Part shown: in pieces, positions 19,781 through 29,530 of the stretch | How the letters are laid out: every line of letters begins with the position of its first letter | How positions within the stretch are numbered: position 1 is the first letter of the stretch | From: a virus | Lineage: Duplodnaviria > Caudoviricetes | DNA length: 64,000 nt | Direction: 5' to 3' (one strand) | Virus record (IMG/VR): IMGVR_UViG_3300031088_000782 | Coordinates: 192,001-256,000 of that record | Position numbers and translations under genes: made by a program | The notes under the pieces: generated by a model | The model's input: the letters and a program-made list of their open reading frames with translations, nothing else | The model's database searches: none | Told to the model about the DNA's origin: nothing

Positions 19781-20260
19781 ATGCATATCAATTCGGATTT
19801 TTTAAGTTTGCGTATTGATTTTCTTCGTAAACTTTTATTTGGTCAACATGTTGTTCCTATTAGTCAATATGAAGTGGAATCTTTGAATAGATCTGAAGAT
19901 TTGATGCATATTGACAAATTGCATCAAAATAATGGACATGGAACTCTTTTATTTCTTCTTATCCGTTTAGATGGATTAGTGAAAACTGTTGATGCTGTCA
20001 TGTTCTTGTTAGATGTTGCTGAGAATGCCAACGATGAAGGATTAGAGATAGCACTAGAAACCCTAGAAGGGGCGGTAGAAGACAATTTGGTGCTGACTGC
20101 TGATAATCTCATAGAAGTATTTAAAGACTGCGCTAACGGGGACATGGCACCATCTCTGATGATCAATGTTGTTGGAGAAGAAAAGAAAGAAGAAGTTACC
20201 ACTGAACCTATTATTAAAAAATCATCATTAAATCTTGATGCAATGCGAGATTTCAAATAA
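19781..20260 (+). CDS. Hypothetical protein
   Basis: 159-aa ORF with AGGAGG RBS. Confidence 0.75.
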   Translation: MHINSDFLSLRIDFLRKLLFGQHVVPISQYEVESLNRSEDLMHIDKLHQNNGHGTLLFLLIRLDGLVKTVDAVMFLLDVAENANDEGLEIALETLEGAVEDNLVLTADNLIEVFKDCANGDMAPSLMINVVGEEKKEEVTTEPIIKKSSLNLDAMRDFK

Positions 20261-20534
20261 AAATAGATCAATTCTGCTATCTTTAAAAACGTTACAGAAT
20301 CGTTTTTAAGATGAATCGAAATGTTTTCAATACGTGACACATAAAACAACCTTTCTTGAAAATTCCCTTAAAATTACAGAAAAACATGCTGAAAACATAC
20401 CATAAAACCTAACGTTTTCAAGTGGCGTTCTCATTCCCTTTTTAAAGAGATCTATTTCATTGAAAAATGTTATAATAAACCATATAGATAATATAATAAA
20501 CCATCTATATTCAAAAGAAGAAGGTTGATGAAAA

Positions 20535-20744
20535 ATGGATAAACAAAAACGAAGAATTATAGAACTAGAATTCGATGAAAACGACACAAATATCACACAT
20601 CATAAAACGATGATAAATATTCGAGAATCACTTCATGTTCCCAAGATTACAGCATCAGAAAATGACACAGAAAAAGAAAACAATTTAAGAAGATTTGAAA
20701 ACGGGATAAGTTTTAAGTACACAACAAAAAGAAGTATCTTCTAA
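20535..20744 (+). CDS. Small hypothetical protein
   Basis: 69-aa ORF with GAAGG upstream; no motif. Confidence 0.35.
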   Translation: MDKQKRRIIELEFDENDTNITHHKTMINIRESLHVPKITASENDTEKENNLRRFENGISFKYTTKRSIF

Positions 20745-20887
20745 CAAACATTTATTAATTAATGAATGCATCATCTTAAAAACTGTAATCAAAGGAACAA
20801 AAAACAACAGATTGATTCTTGATTCCTTCTGAAAACAATGTTATAATATTCTTATATTTTGCGAATTTTCAAAAAGATAGGGAAAAA

Positions 20888-21604
20888 ATGACTACAGTAG
20901 ATAAGATTGCGCCCAAAAAAATAAAAACATTTAAAGAAACACATAAATGGATAAATGTCAGTATCAATCTTATTTCCATCTTAGTCACTATTACATTTTC
21001 TTTTAACGCATTTTTTATCAATTCATTCACTCCTGGAAGCATTCAAACAGGACACCAATCAAAGCTGTATAAAAAATTTGGAACAATATCAATATATTCA
21101 GCAGAAAATCTTAGTAGCGGAGGATTAGGCCCATTCAGTATAGGCACAATTGGATATGTTAATCTTTTAGAAGAAGAAAGAAACATTTACATTAACAAAA
21201 AGAAAATCAAGAAAACAGGAATTAACCAAACTCATTTTCTTTATCGTCACGAAATGGCTCACATCGAACAAAAACGTATAGTAGCTGACAAAGCTGGCGG
21301 ATATCCAAATTGGTCTAATCCAATCAAAACTGCCAAATACATCTACTACCTATTCAAACTTGATTCTGACTACAAAAAAGTTATGCCAAAAATAAGCTCT
21401 CATTATCATGGCAAAGTTATTTTCGAAGGATTAGAGACAGCTGCAGATTGTCGCTCTATCAAAAAAGACCAAACTGATGAAGGATACTTAAACTATATTG
21501 GAACACAACAATGCACAGAAAAACAAAGAATGATAGCCTACAATGCGATCTCAGGAGAATGGCCTAACATTCATCAAAATTCAAGCAAAGAAATTATTGA
21601 ATAA
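20888..21604 (+). CDS. Membrane-anchored protein with an HEXXH zinc-metallopeptidase-like motif
   Basis: N-terminal TM helix, RHEMAH, downstream E-x-x-A-D-C; start taken at ATG 20888. Confidence 0.6.
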   Translation: MTTVDKIAPKKIKTFKETHKWINVSINLISILVTITFSFNAFFINSFTPGSIQTGHQSKLYKKFGTISIYSAENLSSGGLGPFSIGTIGYVNLLEEERNIYINKKKIKKTGINQTHFLYRHEMAHIEQKRIVADKAGGYPNWSNPIKTAKYIYYLFKLDSDYKKVMPKISSHYHGKVIFEGLETAADCRSIKKDQTDEGYLNYIGTQQCTEKQRMIAYNAISGEWPNIHQNSSKEIIE

Positions 21605-21747
21605 ATTGCTGAATCATTTGTAAATAGTGATTAAATATATCATTGAATAGACGGACAGCCTTTCTTGAATATTGATAAAAATTGGCGTTTCTGCTGGTAA
21701 AAATTGGTAAAATAAGAGAGGAAAGATATTTGACAGGAGAGGGGTGA

Positions 21748-22887
21748 ATGGTGGATAGAGAGAATAAAGTGAAGTATAAAATATGCGATCAGTGTGGATA
21801 TTCAACTTCGAAAATCTTTGTGAAGTATTGTCATTCACAGTATTTTTATAAATGTGTTATTTGTAATTCTGATTTTATTCGTGAATGTAAAGCAAATACC
21901 CCTCAGACATGCTCAAAGAGCTGTAGTAGCAGATTAGTAAGATTAAATACAGGGAAAAAGAATGTAGTTAAATGCGAAATTTGCGAAGAATCTTTTCAAG
22001 GTCAATCAGCTAATTCTAAATACTGCAATAAAATAATAATTGTAAATTGTAATGGATTCGATAGTGATTTTGAAAGAAAATGCAATAACGAAAATGGAAG
22101 TTATTGTTCTACAAGTTGTCGAAATAAATATATGAGAAAAAACTTATACAAAATTAATTTCACAAAGAAATGCAAAAATTGCGGAAATGAATTTTACCCT
22201 ACTACAAGCGGACAAAGATTTTGCGATAATAATCATTATAGAAAATGTGAATATTGTGAAGATGATTATATTGTAAAAAACAACACTAACAAATATAATA
22301 ATTCTAAATTTTGCAGCAATTCATGCTCAACTTTTTCTCAGATGGATTCTCAATTTGATAAGAATTTGCTGCATGATTATAGAAATATTAACGAATGGGC
22401 GAAAAATTTTAAAAAAGAAAACAAAAGAAAGCCAAAACTTGCTGATTTTTTAATTTACTTCAATCTACAAAAGATACCTTCTTACGCTGACAGGTCTCTA
22501 TTTTCAAGATCTATTGATTCAAAAATAGAATTAATAGTTTTATATTATTTAAAATATATAGGACTTCATACTAATATAATTAGACGATATAGGAGAAGGA
22601 TTAATGGGAAATTATTAGAGATTGATATATTCTTTCCTGAATATAATTTTGGTTTCGAGATTCAAGATTTTGCTACTCACTGCAAAGAGAAAAGCGAAAA
22701 CTTATCAAAATTTGGAAGCCCTATGAAAGATGAAAGATATCATAATATGAAAAAAGATTATTTTAAAAGTGTTGGGATAAATATATATGAGTTATGGGAA
22801 GATGAAATTTACGATAAATCATTTCAATCTATTGTTGATGAAGTGTGTAAAAATATACCAAAAGACAACAAATGTAAAGTAAGTTGA
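21748..22887 (+). CDS. Homing-endonuclease-like protein: zinc ribbons plus Vsr-like nuclease
   Basis: About 8 CxxC / CSxxC units; LEIDIFFPEYNFGFEIQD...H; C-terminal IYELWEDE. Confidence 0.75.
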   Translation: MVDRENKVKYKICDQCGYSTSKIFVKYCHSQYFYKCVICNSDFIRECKANTPQTCSKSCSSRLVRLNTGKKNVVKCEICEESFQGQSANSKYCNKIIIVNCNGFDSDFERKCNNENGSYCSTSCRNKYMRKNLYKINFTKKCKNCGNEFYPTTSGQRFCDNNHYRKCEYCEDDYIVKNNTNKYNNSKFCSNSCSTFSQMDSQFDKNLLHDYRNINEWAKNFKKENKRKPKLADFLIYFNLQKIPSYADRSLFSRSIDSKIELIVLYYLKYIGLHTNIIRRYRRRINGKLLEIDIFFPEYNFGFEIQDFATHCKEKSENLSKFGSPMKDERYHNMKKDYFKSVGINIYELWEDEIYDKSFQSIVDEVCKNIPKDNKCKVS

Positions 22888-22960
22888 TATATAAAAATTG
22901 TTAAACTTATATTAAGAACGATTTTAAAGCAATTAAGCAAAACAAAAGTGAAGGAATAAA

Positions 22961-25096
22961 ATGGCTGATAAAGAACAAAATAGTAGCTATACAGCAGACG
23001 ATATCACAAAACTTGAATATCCATACAATGTTATAAAAAGACCGTCGATGTACTTAGGCGAAAGAGGATCACAACAAACGGTCGGTACTCGTGAGATCAT
23101 TGATAATGCTGTTGGAGAAAGCGTTAAAGGGTTCGCTAATCGCGTTAAGGTTACTTTCTGCAAAGACAAATCAGTCATTGTTCAAGATAACGGTAGAGGA
23201 CTTCCGACAGATACAAACAAAAAGACAGGGCTTAACGGAATTATTTTAACAATGGCAACACTTCACGCTGGAGCTAATTTTAGCAATAATGTAGCTGTTG
23301 GAAAAGCTGGTGCTGGGTTGAACGGTGTGGGAGGATCAGTCGTTACTGGGCTTTCAAAACGACTTGATGCCATAGTTTACAAGGGAGGAAAGAAATTTCA
23401 ACTGAGTTTCCAAGATGGATTTGCTGGTACTTTTAGTGGAGACACTCCAGAAGGAACATTCACTCGTTCAGATAAGATTATTGAAACAAAAGATGAACGT
23501 TCGGCAAAAGAAAAAAAGCTTTTTAAGCAAGGAACAATAATTCATTTTTGGTATAACGAAGAAAGATTCCCATCAGATGAAGCCATAGACATTGACGATC
23601 TTGTAGATAGGCTGAAATACACGGCCTATATTGTCCCTAAGCTAAACATTGATGTTGTTGATGAAAATAGACAATATGAAGACGGAACAAATTACAACTG
23701 GCACTTTTACAGTGAGCATGGTCTTGAAGAAATGGTAGAAGTTACTGCTCCTGATGAAAAGCTTCCCGGAACAGAATCAAAAGGTGACACATTCATTGAA
23801 AAAGGAATTTATCACCTTCAAACACAAGGTCACTATAATGAAGTCACAACAGATGAAAGCGGCAAAATAGCCGAAATTAAACGAACTGTCACCGCTGAAC
23901 TTGCTTTCCGTTATGGAACAGGGTATGAAAAGACTTTGGCAAGTTTCGTCAATACCATTCACACTCATTTGGGTGGAGTGCATGAGCAAGCTTTGGAAAA
24001 AGCTATTGTTGATAGTTTCGGAGCAAGAATGTCTTCAATGCGCGGTATCCTTACAGCCAAAGATGAACCACCTATCATTGATGATTTTTTTGAAGGCATG
24101 ACAGTTGCTCTATCCATTAATGTTCCTGAACCGCAGTTCGTTGGGCAGCAGAAAGATAAGCTGTCTGGTCCGGAAGTTCGTAAAGCATTGACAAAGGCTC
24201 TTACCGAATCTTTGACTAAATTTGCCAATGATTCAAGCAATCAGAAGTTTTTGAAACCAATGTTTGAAAAGGTTGCGCAAGCGTCTAAGAATCGCCGTGA
24301 AGCAGCTGTTGCAAAACTTGCTAAACGTAAAAACAGTCAGGTTTCTTCTTCCGCTATGCCAGCTAAATTGTCTGATTGTGATTTAATTGGAACCGAAGAA
24401 TCTGAATTGTTGATTTGCGAGGGTGACTCTGCAAAAGGAACAATTGTAAAAGCTCGTGATGCTACATATCAGGCTGTTATCCCTATTCGTGGAAAGATTC
24501 TCAATTCTTACAAAGCTGATATGAAACAAATTATGAACAACTCTGAAATCACCGATATTGCGAAAGCTCTTGGTGCAGGATTTGGTAAAGATTTTGATGT
24601 TGAGCGTATTCGTTATGGTAAAGTTTTGTTTGCCGCTGACGCTGATGTTGATGGTTCTCACATTAATATACTTCTTTACACAGTATTCAACAGAATGTTC
24701 AAGAAAATGATTGAAGAAGGAAGAGTTTACCAAACTGTTCCCCCTCTTTTCGAAATTACTTCAGGAACAGGAAGAAATCAGAAAGTTGAATATGTTTCGA
24801 ATGAAGCAGACTTGAATCAGGTTGTGAAAAAATTGGAAAAGTCTGGGAAAAAGTATAAAGTAGAGCGTAATAAAGGTCTTGGAGAGATGACACCGGAGGC
24901 TTTTTCTGAAACTGTGCTTGATCCTGAAACTCGTTCTCTACGCAGAATTACTTTGGAAGATGTTGAAAAAGCAGAACAGGCTTTGATTCTGACTATGGGA
25001 GATAACTCGCAAGAGAGAAAAGATTTCATTGGAGATAACTTCCAGACTGCTATCGACTCTGGTCTTGTTGAAGGGTTTGAATCAGGCAACGAGTAA
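22961..25096 (+). CDS. gyrB: Type IIA topoisomerase B subunit (GyrB/ParE-like)
   Basis: KRPSMYLG, REIIDN, VQDNGRGLP, GHKL lid, TOPRIM EGDSA, PIRGKILN, DADVDG, KGLGEM; gyrase versus topo IV not resolved. Confidence 0.92.
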   Translation: MADKEQNSSYTADDITKLEYPYNVIKRPSMYLGERGSQQTVGTREIIDNAVGESVKGFANRVKVTFCKDKSVIVQDNGRGLPTDTNKKTGLNGIILTMATLHAGANFSNNVAVGKAGAGLNGVGGSVVTGLSKRLDAIVYKGGKKFQLSFQDGFAGTFSGDTPEGTFTRSDKIIETKDERSAKEKKLFKQGTIIHFWYNEERFPSDEAIDIDDLVDRLKYTAYIVPKLNIDVVDENRQYEDGTNYNWHFYSEHGLEEMVEVTAPDEKLPGTESKGDTFIEKGIYHLQTQGHYNEVTTDESGKIAEIKRTVTAELAFRYGTGYEKTLASFVNTIHTHLGGVHEQALEKAIVDSFGARMSSMRGILTAKDEPPIIDDFFEGMTVALSINVPEPQFVGQQKDKLSGPEVRKALTKALTESLTKFANDSSNQKFLKPMFEKVAQASKNRREAAVAKLAKRKNSQVSSSAMPAKLSDCDLIGTEESELLICEGDSAKGTIVKARDATYQAVIPIRGKILNSYKADMKQIMNNSEITDIAKALGAGFGKDFDVERIRYGKVLFAADADVDGSHINILLYTVFNRMFKKMIEEGRVYQTVPPLFEITSGTGRNQKVEYVSNEADLNQVVKKLEKSGKKYKVERNKGLGEMTPEAFSETVLDPETRSLRRITLEDVEKAEQALILTMGDNSQERKDFIGDNFQTAIDSGLVEGFESGNE

Positions 25097-25106
25097 AACT
25101 AAAATT

Positions 25107-25172
25107 AATTATTAAAAATATGGAAAAGTTATTATACAACATTTTAATAACTTTTCCATATTTTTAATAATT
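25107..25172. repeat. Long perfect inverted repeat after gyrB
   Basis: 28-bp arms aattattaaaaatatggaaaagttatta / taataacttttccatatttttaataatt, 10-nt loop. Confidence 0.85.
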
Positions 25173-25245
25173 TTTAGTCATTTAACCTTTTGTTTTGATA
25201 GAATATTGTTATACATACTTTATAACGGAATCGGCGGCGATAAAA

Positions 25246-26775
25246 ATGAAAAATCTTTATGCTAGAAAAACTATTGTAAAGAAGATTGAAAATTTACAAG
25301 CACAAGAATTTGTTGAAGAACATCATTCTCAAGGTTCATCAAAAGGAACTTTTAGCAAAAATTCGATTGGAATGTTTTTCGAGGATGAATTGATTGCTGT
25401 TGCTCAATTCTGTTCACCAAGAACTCCTCTTAAAAAAGAAAAATATAACACTGAATTATTGAGATTGTGTTTTAAAGAAAATATTCGTGTTGTAGGAGGG
25501 GCTTCTAAACTTATTAAATATTATATTGAAAAATACAATCCATCTGACATTTTTACTTATCAAGACACTACTGGTGAAAACACAAATATATATGAAAATT
25601 GTGGATTCACATTAGTATCTCAGGATAAAAAGAAACAATATTTAATAGCTCCTGGAAAAAGAGTTTCAACCGCTAATAGAAAAGATAGGGAGATATTTTC
25701 TACTTCTTATGTTGCTCAATACGGACCTGACAGGATTTTAGGGACTAAATTAGGTGAGGTATTCGATAGTGATGGTTCACGAAAAACAAATATCCAATTA
25801 TTTAAAGATCTTGGCTGGCATATAGAGGAAACCACTGGAGATAAAGTGTATGAGTGGTTTAATCCTAACCTAAGTTTTTACACATATAAAATAACCGCTA
25901 CTGATTCCAATAAATACTACTATGGAGTTTCGAGTATAAAAATGCCTTTCAATAAGGTTACAGAAAACGATTGTGAAAACGATGGGTATTTTGGTAGCGG
26001 TGGAAACACTTTAAAAAACAACAAATTCAAAAACTGGAAGAAAAAGCACAAGAAAAATCTTAAAAAAGAGATTATTCAAATATTTGAAAAGAAGAATGTT
26101 GCTTATAATGCAGAAAGAAAACTAATTGGAGATCTATGGGAAACAGATAAATTGTGTTTAAATAGTGCTGCTGGTGGCGTTTATACAGGATTCAATAAAG
26201 GATGGAGAGAGAATGTTGATCTGAAGAGATGCCCTACTCATGGTATTACTAAACATCGAGGGAATGCTTGCTACAAATGTTTCATGAATAAATTAGTCAA
26301 TACTCAGGTGTGCTCTATTCATGGTGAAACTAAATTCCAAGGCAACTCTTGTTCTAAGTGTTCAGTTGACAAAACTTTCAGTGAAAAAGTGTGCGAAATT
26401 CATGGATTAACTAAGTTTTCAGGAAATCATTGCAGAAAATGTACTGTCTCAAAAACAGTGAATATGAAAGAATGCTCTATTCATGGTTTGACAAAGCATC
26501 AGGGAGACGTATGCAATTCTTGTAATGCTTTGAGTAGTATTTCTGTGAAAAACTGCCCCACTCACGGAGAAACTAAGTTCACTGGGGACAAGTGCCGCAA
26601 ATGCATTTCATCTAAAAACAACAACATGAAAGAATGCTCGATTCATGGACTTTCTAATTATCGTGGATCAAAATGTATGAAGTGCAGTGCGCAGAAACGT
26701 AAACATAATAACAATCTTCACGATAACAAGGCAGAATCTTTGTGTTATTTATGTCTGGGTATCTCCATAGATTAA
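25246..26775 (+). CDS. GNAT-like domain, GIY-YIG endonuclease and six CHCC zinc-finger repeats
   Basis: LYARK...ELLRLCF...VVGGASKLI...TYQD; YTYKITAT...KYYYG...GYFGSG...E...N; 6 x CxxHGxTK(F/H)xGxxCxxC; start taken at ATG 25246. Confidence 0.8.
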   Translation: MKNLYARKTIVKKIENLQAQEFVEEHHSQGSSKGTFSKNSIGMFFEDELIAVAQFCSPRTPLKKEKYNTELLRLCFKENIRVVGGASKLIKYYIEKYNPSDIFTYQDTTGENTNIYENCGFTLVSQDKKKQYLIAPGKRVSTANRKDREIFSTSYVAQYGPDRILGTKLGEVFDSDGSRKTNIQLFKDLGWHIEETTGDKVYEWFNPNLSFYTYKITATDSNKYYYGVSSIKMPFNKVTENDCENDGYFGSGGNTLKNNKFKNWKKKHKKNLKKEIIQIFEKKNVAYNAERKLIGDLWETDKLCLNSAAGGVYTGFNKGWRENVDLKRCPTHGITKHRGNACYKCFMNKLVNTQVCSIHGETKFQGNSCSKCSVDKTFSEKVCEIHGLTKFSGNHCRKCTVSKTVNMKECSIHGLTKHQGDVCNSCNALSSISVKNCPTHGETKFTGDKCRKCISSKNNNMKECSIHGLSNYRGSKCMKCSAQKRKHNNNLHDNKAESLCYLCLGISID

Positions 26776-26815
26776 AACTCGCCAATAATGAAGTTTAGCG
26801 CACATCTGATGTTTT

Positions 26816-26863
26816 AATGTGCGGGAATTCTTTCACAAACGAATATAAGAATTCCCGCACATT
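26816..26863. terminator. Bidirectional hairpin between convergent genes
   Basis: 17-bp arms aatgtgcgggaattctt / aagaattcccgcacatt. Confidence 0.75.
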
Positions 26864-26875
26864 TTATTATGTTTA

Positions 26876-27346
26876 TTAAAGTTTGCGATTAATCCTCACA
26901 TCATCTTCTGTGTCATAAACAGCGTAGAATGATTTTTCATCAGAATTGGTTTTTCTCCATTCGACAATATATTTTTCAATATTTTCATCAAATTTTACGG
27001 AAACACATTCAGCATAAGTGTTTGCATAATCGGAAGATCCTGGTTTATCCAAATACCTTGCATAATCTCCTACTGTAAGATCAGAAACGCTGATGCTTTG
27101 AAAAATAGATTTCTCAAAGTAAGGTAACTCCCCTGATTTTTTTGACAATTTTACATATCTTCTGAAAGACAATTCGTTTTTGATTTCACACATATAACAA
27201 TCCCAATCAATGTGCATATATTCATCTTCTTCATTGTCATACTCGTAATTATGTTCAATTACTTCGCCAGCTGTTGTTGATTCATTTTTGACAATATAAA
27301 TCAATTCGTCATCACTGAAGTTATTGAATTTCTCGTTGCTTGGCAT
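26876..27346 (-). CDS. Hypothetical acidic protein
   Basis: ORF with AGGTG RBS before ATG 27346; no motif. Confidence 0.65.
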   Translation of the reverse strand: MPSNEKFNNFSDDELIYIVKNESTTAGEVIEHNYEYDNEEDEYMHIDWDCYMCEIKNELSFRRYVKLSKKSGELPYFEKSIFQSISVSDLTVGDYARYLDKPGSSDYANTYAECVSVKFDENIEKYIVEWRKTNSDEKSFYAVYDTEDDVRINRKL

Positions 27347-27467
27347 TTTTTCACCTATCATCGGTTTATAAAATTTTATTCATCGTTCATATTATCAGAA
27401 TTTTTCGCAACAGTCAAGAAAAGAAATATTGATAAAATGAGCCGTGTAGAGATATTATTTTTTGTAA

Positions 27468-27488
27468 ACAATTTGTTAAAATGATATA
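27468..27488 (+). repeat. 21-bp direct repeat, left copy
   Basis: acaatttgttaaaatgatata, identical to 29472..29492. Confidence 0.9.
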
Positions 27489-27528
27489 AGAAATTGTTGT
27501 TTTTTTTGAATTTTCTGGGAGCTTGTAG

Positions 27529-29472
27529 ATGAGAATATATGCGAGAAAAACCTTTATTGAAGAGATTGAATATGGTGTTGCCCAAAAATTTGTTTCTGAA
27601 AATCATATGCAAAAAGAATCAAAACACAATGGAAAAATTCTGTCTTTTGGATTGTTTCATGAAAATAATTTAGTAGGAGTTGCTCAATTCTGCTATCCAC
27701 GAACACCGGCTAAAAAACGTGAATACACTACTGAGCTTTTAAGATTGTGCTTCAAGAAAAACATTTATATTGTCGGTGGCGCATCTAAACTTATTAAATA
27801 TTACATAAATTTACATAACCCTACTGACATTTTTACTTATCAAGATACTACCGGCGAGAATACTGATGTTTATGAGCAGTGCGGGTTTATTTTGAGATCA
27901 ATTGAAAAGAAAAAGCAATATCTTGTCAAAAATGGATTAACTATTCATCAAGGACATAATAATAGCGCAGAAAGAGAAGAGTATTATACTATTTCTCAAG
28001 TAGTCAATCGTGGCCCCGACTCCTTGCTTGGAACAAAACTTGGAGAACAATTTCATAAAAAGCCTGATGGAACATTATCAAACAAAAGAAAAACAAATAT
28101 TGAGCTATTTATTGATTTAGGGTGGCATATAGAGGAAACCACTGGAGATAAAATATATGAGTGGTTTAATCCTAATTTAAGTTTCTACACTTACAGAATA
28201 ACTGCTTCTGATTCTGACAAATACTACTATGGTGTTCGATCTATTAAAATCCCTTTTGATGAATTAACTATTAAAGACTGTTTGAAAGATGATTATATGG
28301 GTAGCGGAGGAAGAAAATTTGCTACATGGAGAAATAAACACAAAGCTAATCTTAGAAAAAATATTATCGAAATGTTCCCAAAGAAGTTTATGGCATACAA
28401 CAATGAGAAAATATTAGTTGGCGATTCTTATTTAACAGATCCTTTGTGTTTGAACAGTTCAGAAGGTGGTGTTCAATATGAGAAAAAATTTAGCGAAGGA
28501 AGAAATAAATTTTATCTTAGTGAATGTCAAACTCATGGATTAGTCAAACATATTAATGAAAAATGCGTTACTTGTGCTGTCTATAAAAACATTAGCTATC
28601 AAATGTGCGAAATTCATGGATTAACTAAGTTTAGAGGAGCTTTCTGCTCTAAGTGCGTTTCCGCAAAAAACCTTAAAATAGAAGTGTGTAGAGTTCACGG
28701 GGAAACAAAGCATATTAACAAAAAATGTTTAAAATGCGCTAATCAATCTTCTTTCATCGAAAAATTGTGCGATAAGCATGATCTTGTTGTTCATCATGGA
28801 AATGTATGCTTAAAATGCGTTAAAGAAAATTCTATCACTATGCAAATATGCCTAACGCATGGTGAAACAAAGCATGTTGGAGAAAAATGCTTTAAATGCT
28901 TCACAAGTGAAAGTTTCTCAACACGATTTTGCAAAATTCATGGTGAAACTGTATTTCGTGGAGACAATTGCGAAAAATGTAAAAATGATAATTTGGTCAG
29001 TGTAAAAACATGCCCTACGCATGGTGAGGTTAAGCATATCGGAGATAAATGCTATAAGTGCCGAAAAAACGTTTTTAATATTCAGATGTGTGATATTCAT
29101 GGTGAAACAAAACACCAGAAAGGTTCCTGTTTGCAGTGTACTAACGACAAGAAAATAACAATTAAAATTTGCTCTACTCACGGAGAAACAAAACATTTTG
29201 GAAATACTTGCGGAAAGTGCAATTCTTTGAAAATGTTCTATTTTGACACCTGTTCAGTTCATGGAGAAACGAAGTTCAAAAAGAATGAATGCGTCAAGTG
29301 TAAAGCACAGAAAGCTTTTGTTATTAAAGTTTGTGAAATTCACGGTGAGACTAAATTCAAAGGAAAATCTTGTTGTCAATGTGTTAGCGAAAAGACAGCT
29401 CACAAAAGATGGCATAAAGAAAAACAAAAACAAGGCTGTGTTTATTGCGAAAAGATTATTCAATCAGTTTGA
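27529..29472 (+). CDS. GNAT-like domain, GIY-YIG endonuclease and eleven CHCC zinc-finger repeats (paralog of 25246..26775)
   Basis: Same domain order; near-identical DNA around GWHIEETTGDK.YEWFNPNLSFYTY; 11 x 27-aa repeats. Confidence 0.8.
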   Translation: MRIYARKTFIEEIEYGVAQKFVSENHMQKESKHNGKILSFGLFHENNLVGVAQFCYPRTPAKKREYTTELLRLCFKKNIYIVGGASKLIKYYINLHNPTDIFTYQDTTGENTDVYEQCGFILRSIEKKKQYLVKNGLTIHQGHNNSAEREEYYTISQVVNRGPDSLLGTKLGEQFHKKPDGTLSNKRKTNIELFIDLGWHIEETTGDKIYEWFNPNLSFYTYRITASDSDKYYYGVRSIKIPFDELTIKDCLKDDYMGSGGRKFATWRNKHKANLRKNIIEMFPKKFMAYNNEKILVGDSYLTDPLCLNSSEGGVQYEKKFSEGRNKFYLSECQTHGLVKHINEKCVTCAVYKNISYQMCEIHGLTKFRGAFCSKCVSAKNLKIEVCRVHGETKHINKKCLKCANQSSFIEKLCDKHDLVVHHGNVCLKCVKENSITMQICLTHGETKHVGEKCFKCFTSESFSTRFCKIHGETVFRGDNCEKCKNDNLVSVKTCPTHGEVKHIGDKCYKCRKNVFNIQMCDIHGETKHQKGSCLQCTNDKKITIKICSTHGETKHFGNTCGKCNSLKMFYFDTCSVHGETKFKKNECVKCKAQKAFVIKVCEIHGETKFKGKSCCQCVSEKTAHKRWHKEKQKQGCVYCEKIIQSV

Positions 29473-29492
29473 CAATTTGTTAAAATGATATA
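29472..29492 (+). repeat. 21-bp direct repeat, right copy (probable gyrA promoter region)
   Basis: acaatttgttaaaatgatata, identical to 27468..27488. Confidence 0.9.
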
Positions 29493-29530
29493 GATAAAGT
29501 AAATATTGTAAGGAAAGGCGAAAACGACAA

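Noticed and set aside
26220-29400. CRISPR-like DNA repeat array (recurring catggtgaaac-type 81-bp period)
   Set aside because: The repeats are degenerate at third codon positions and encode the CHCC zinc-finger units
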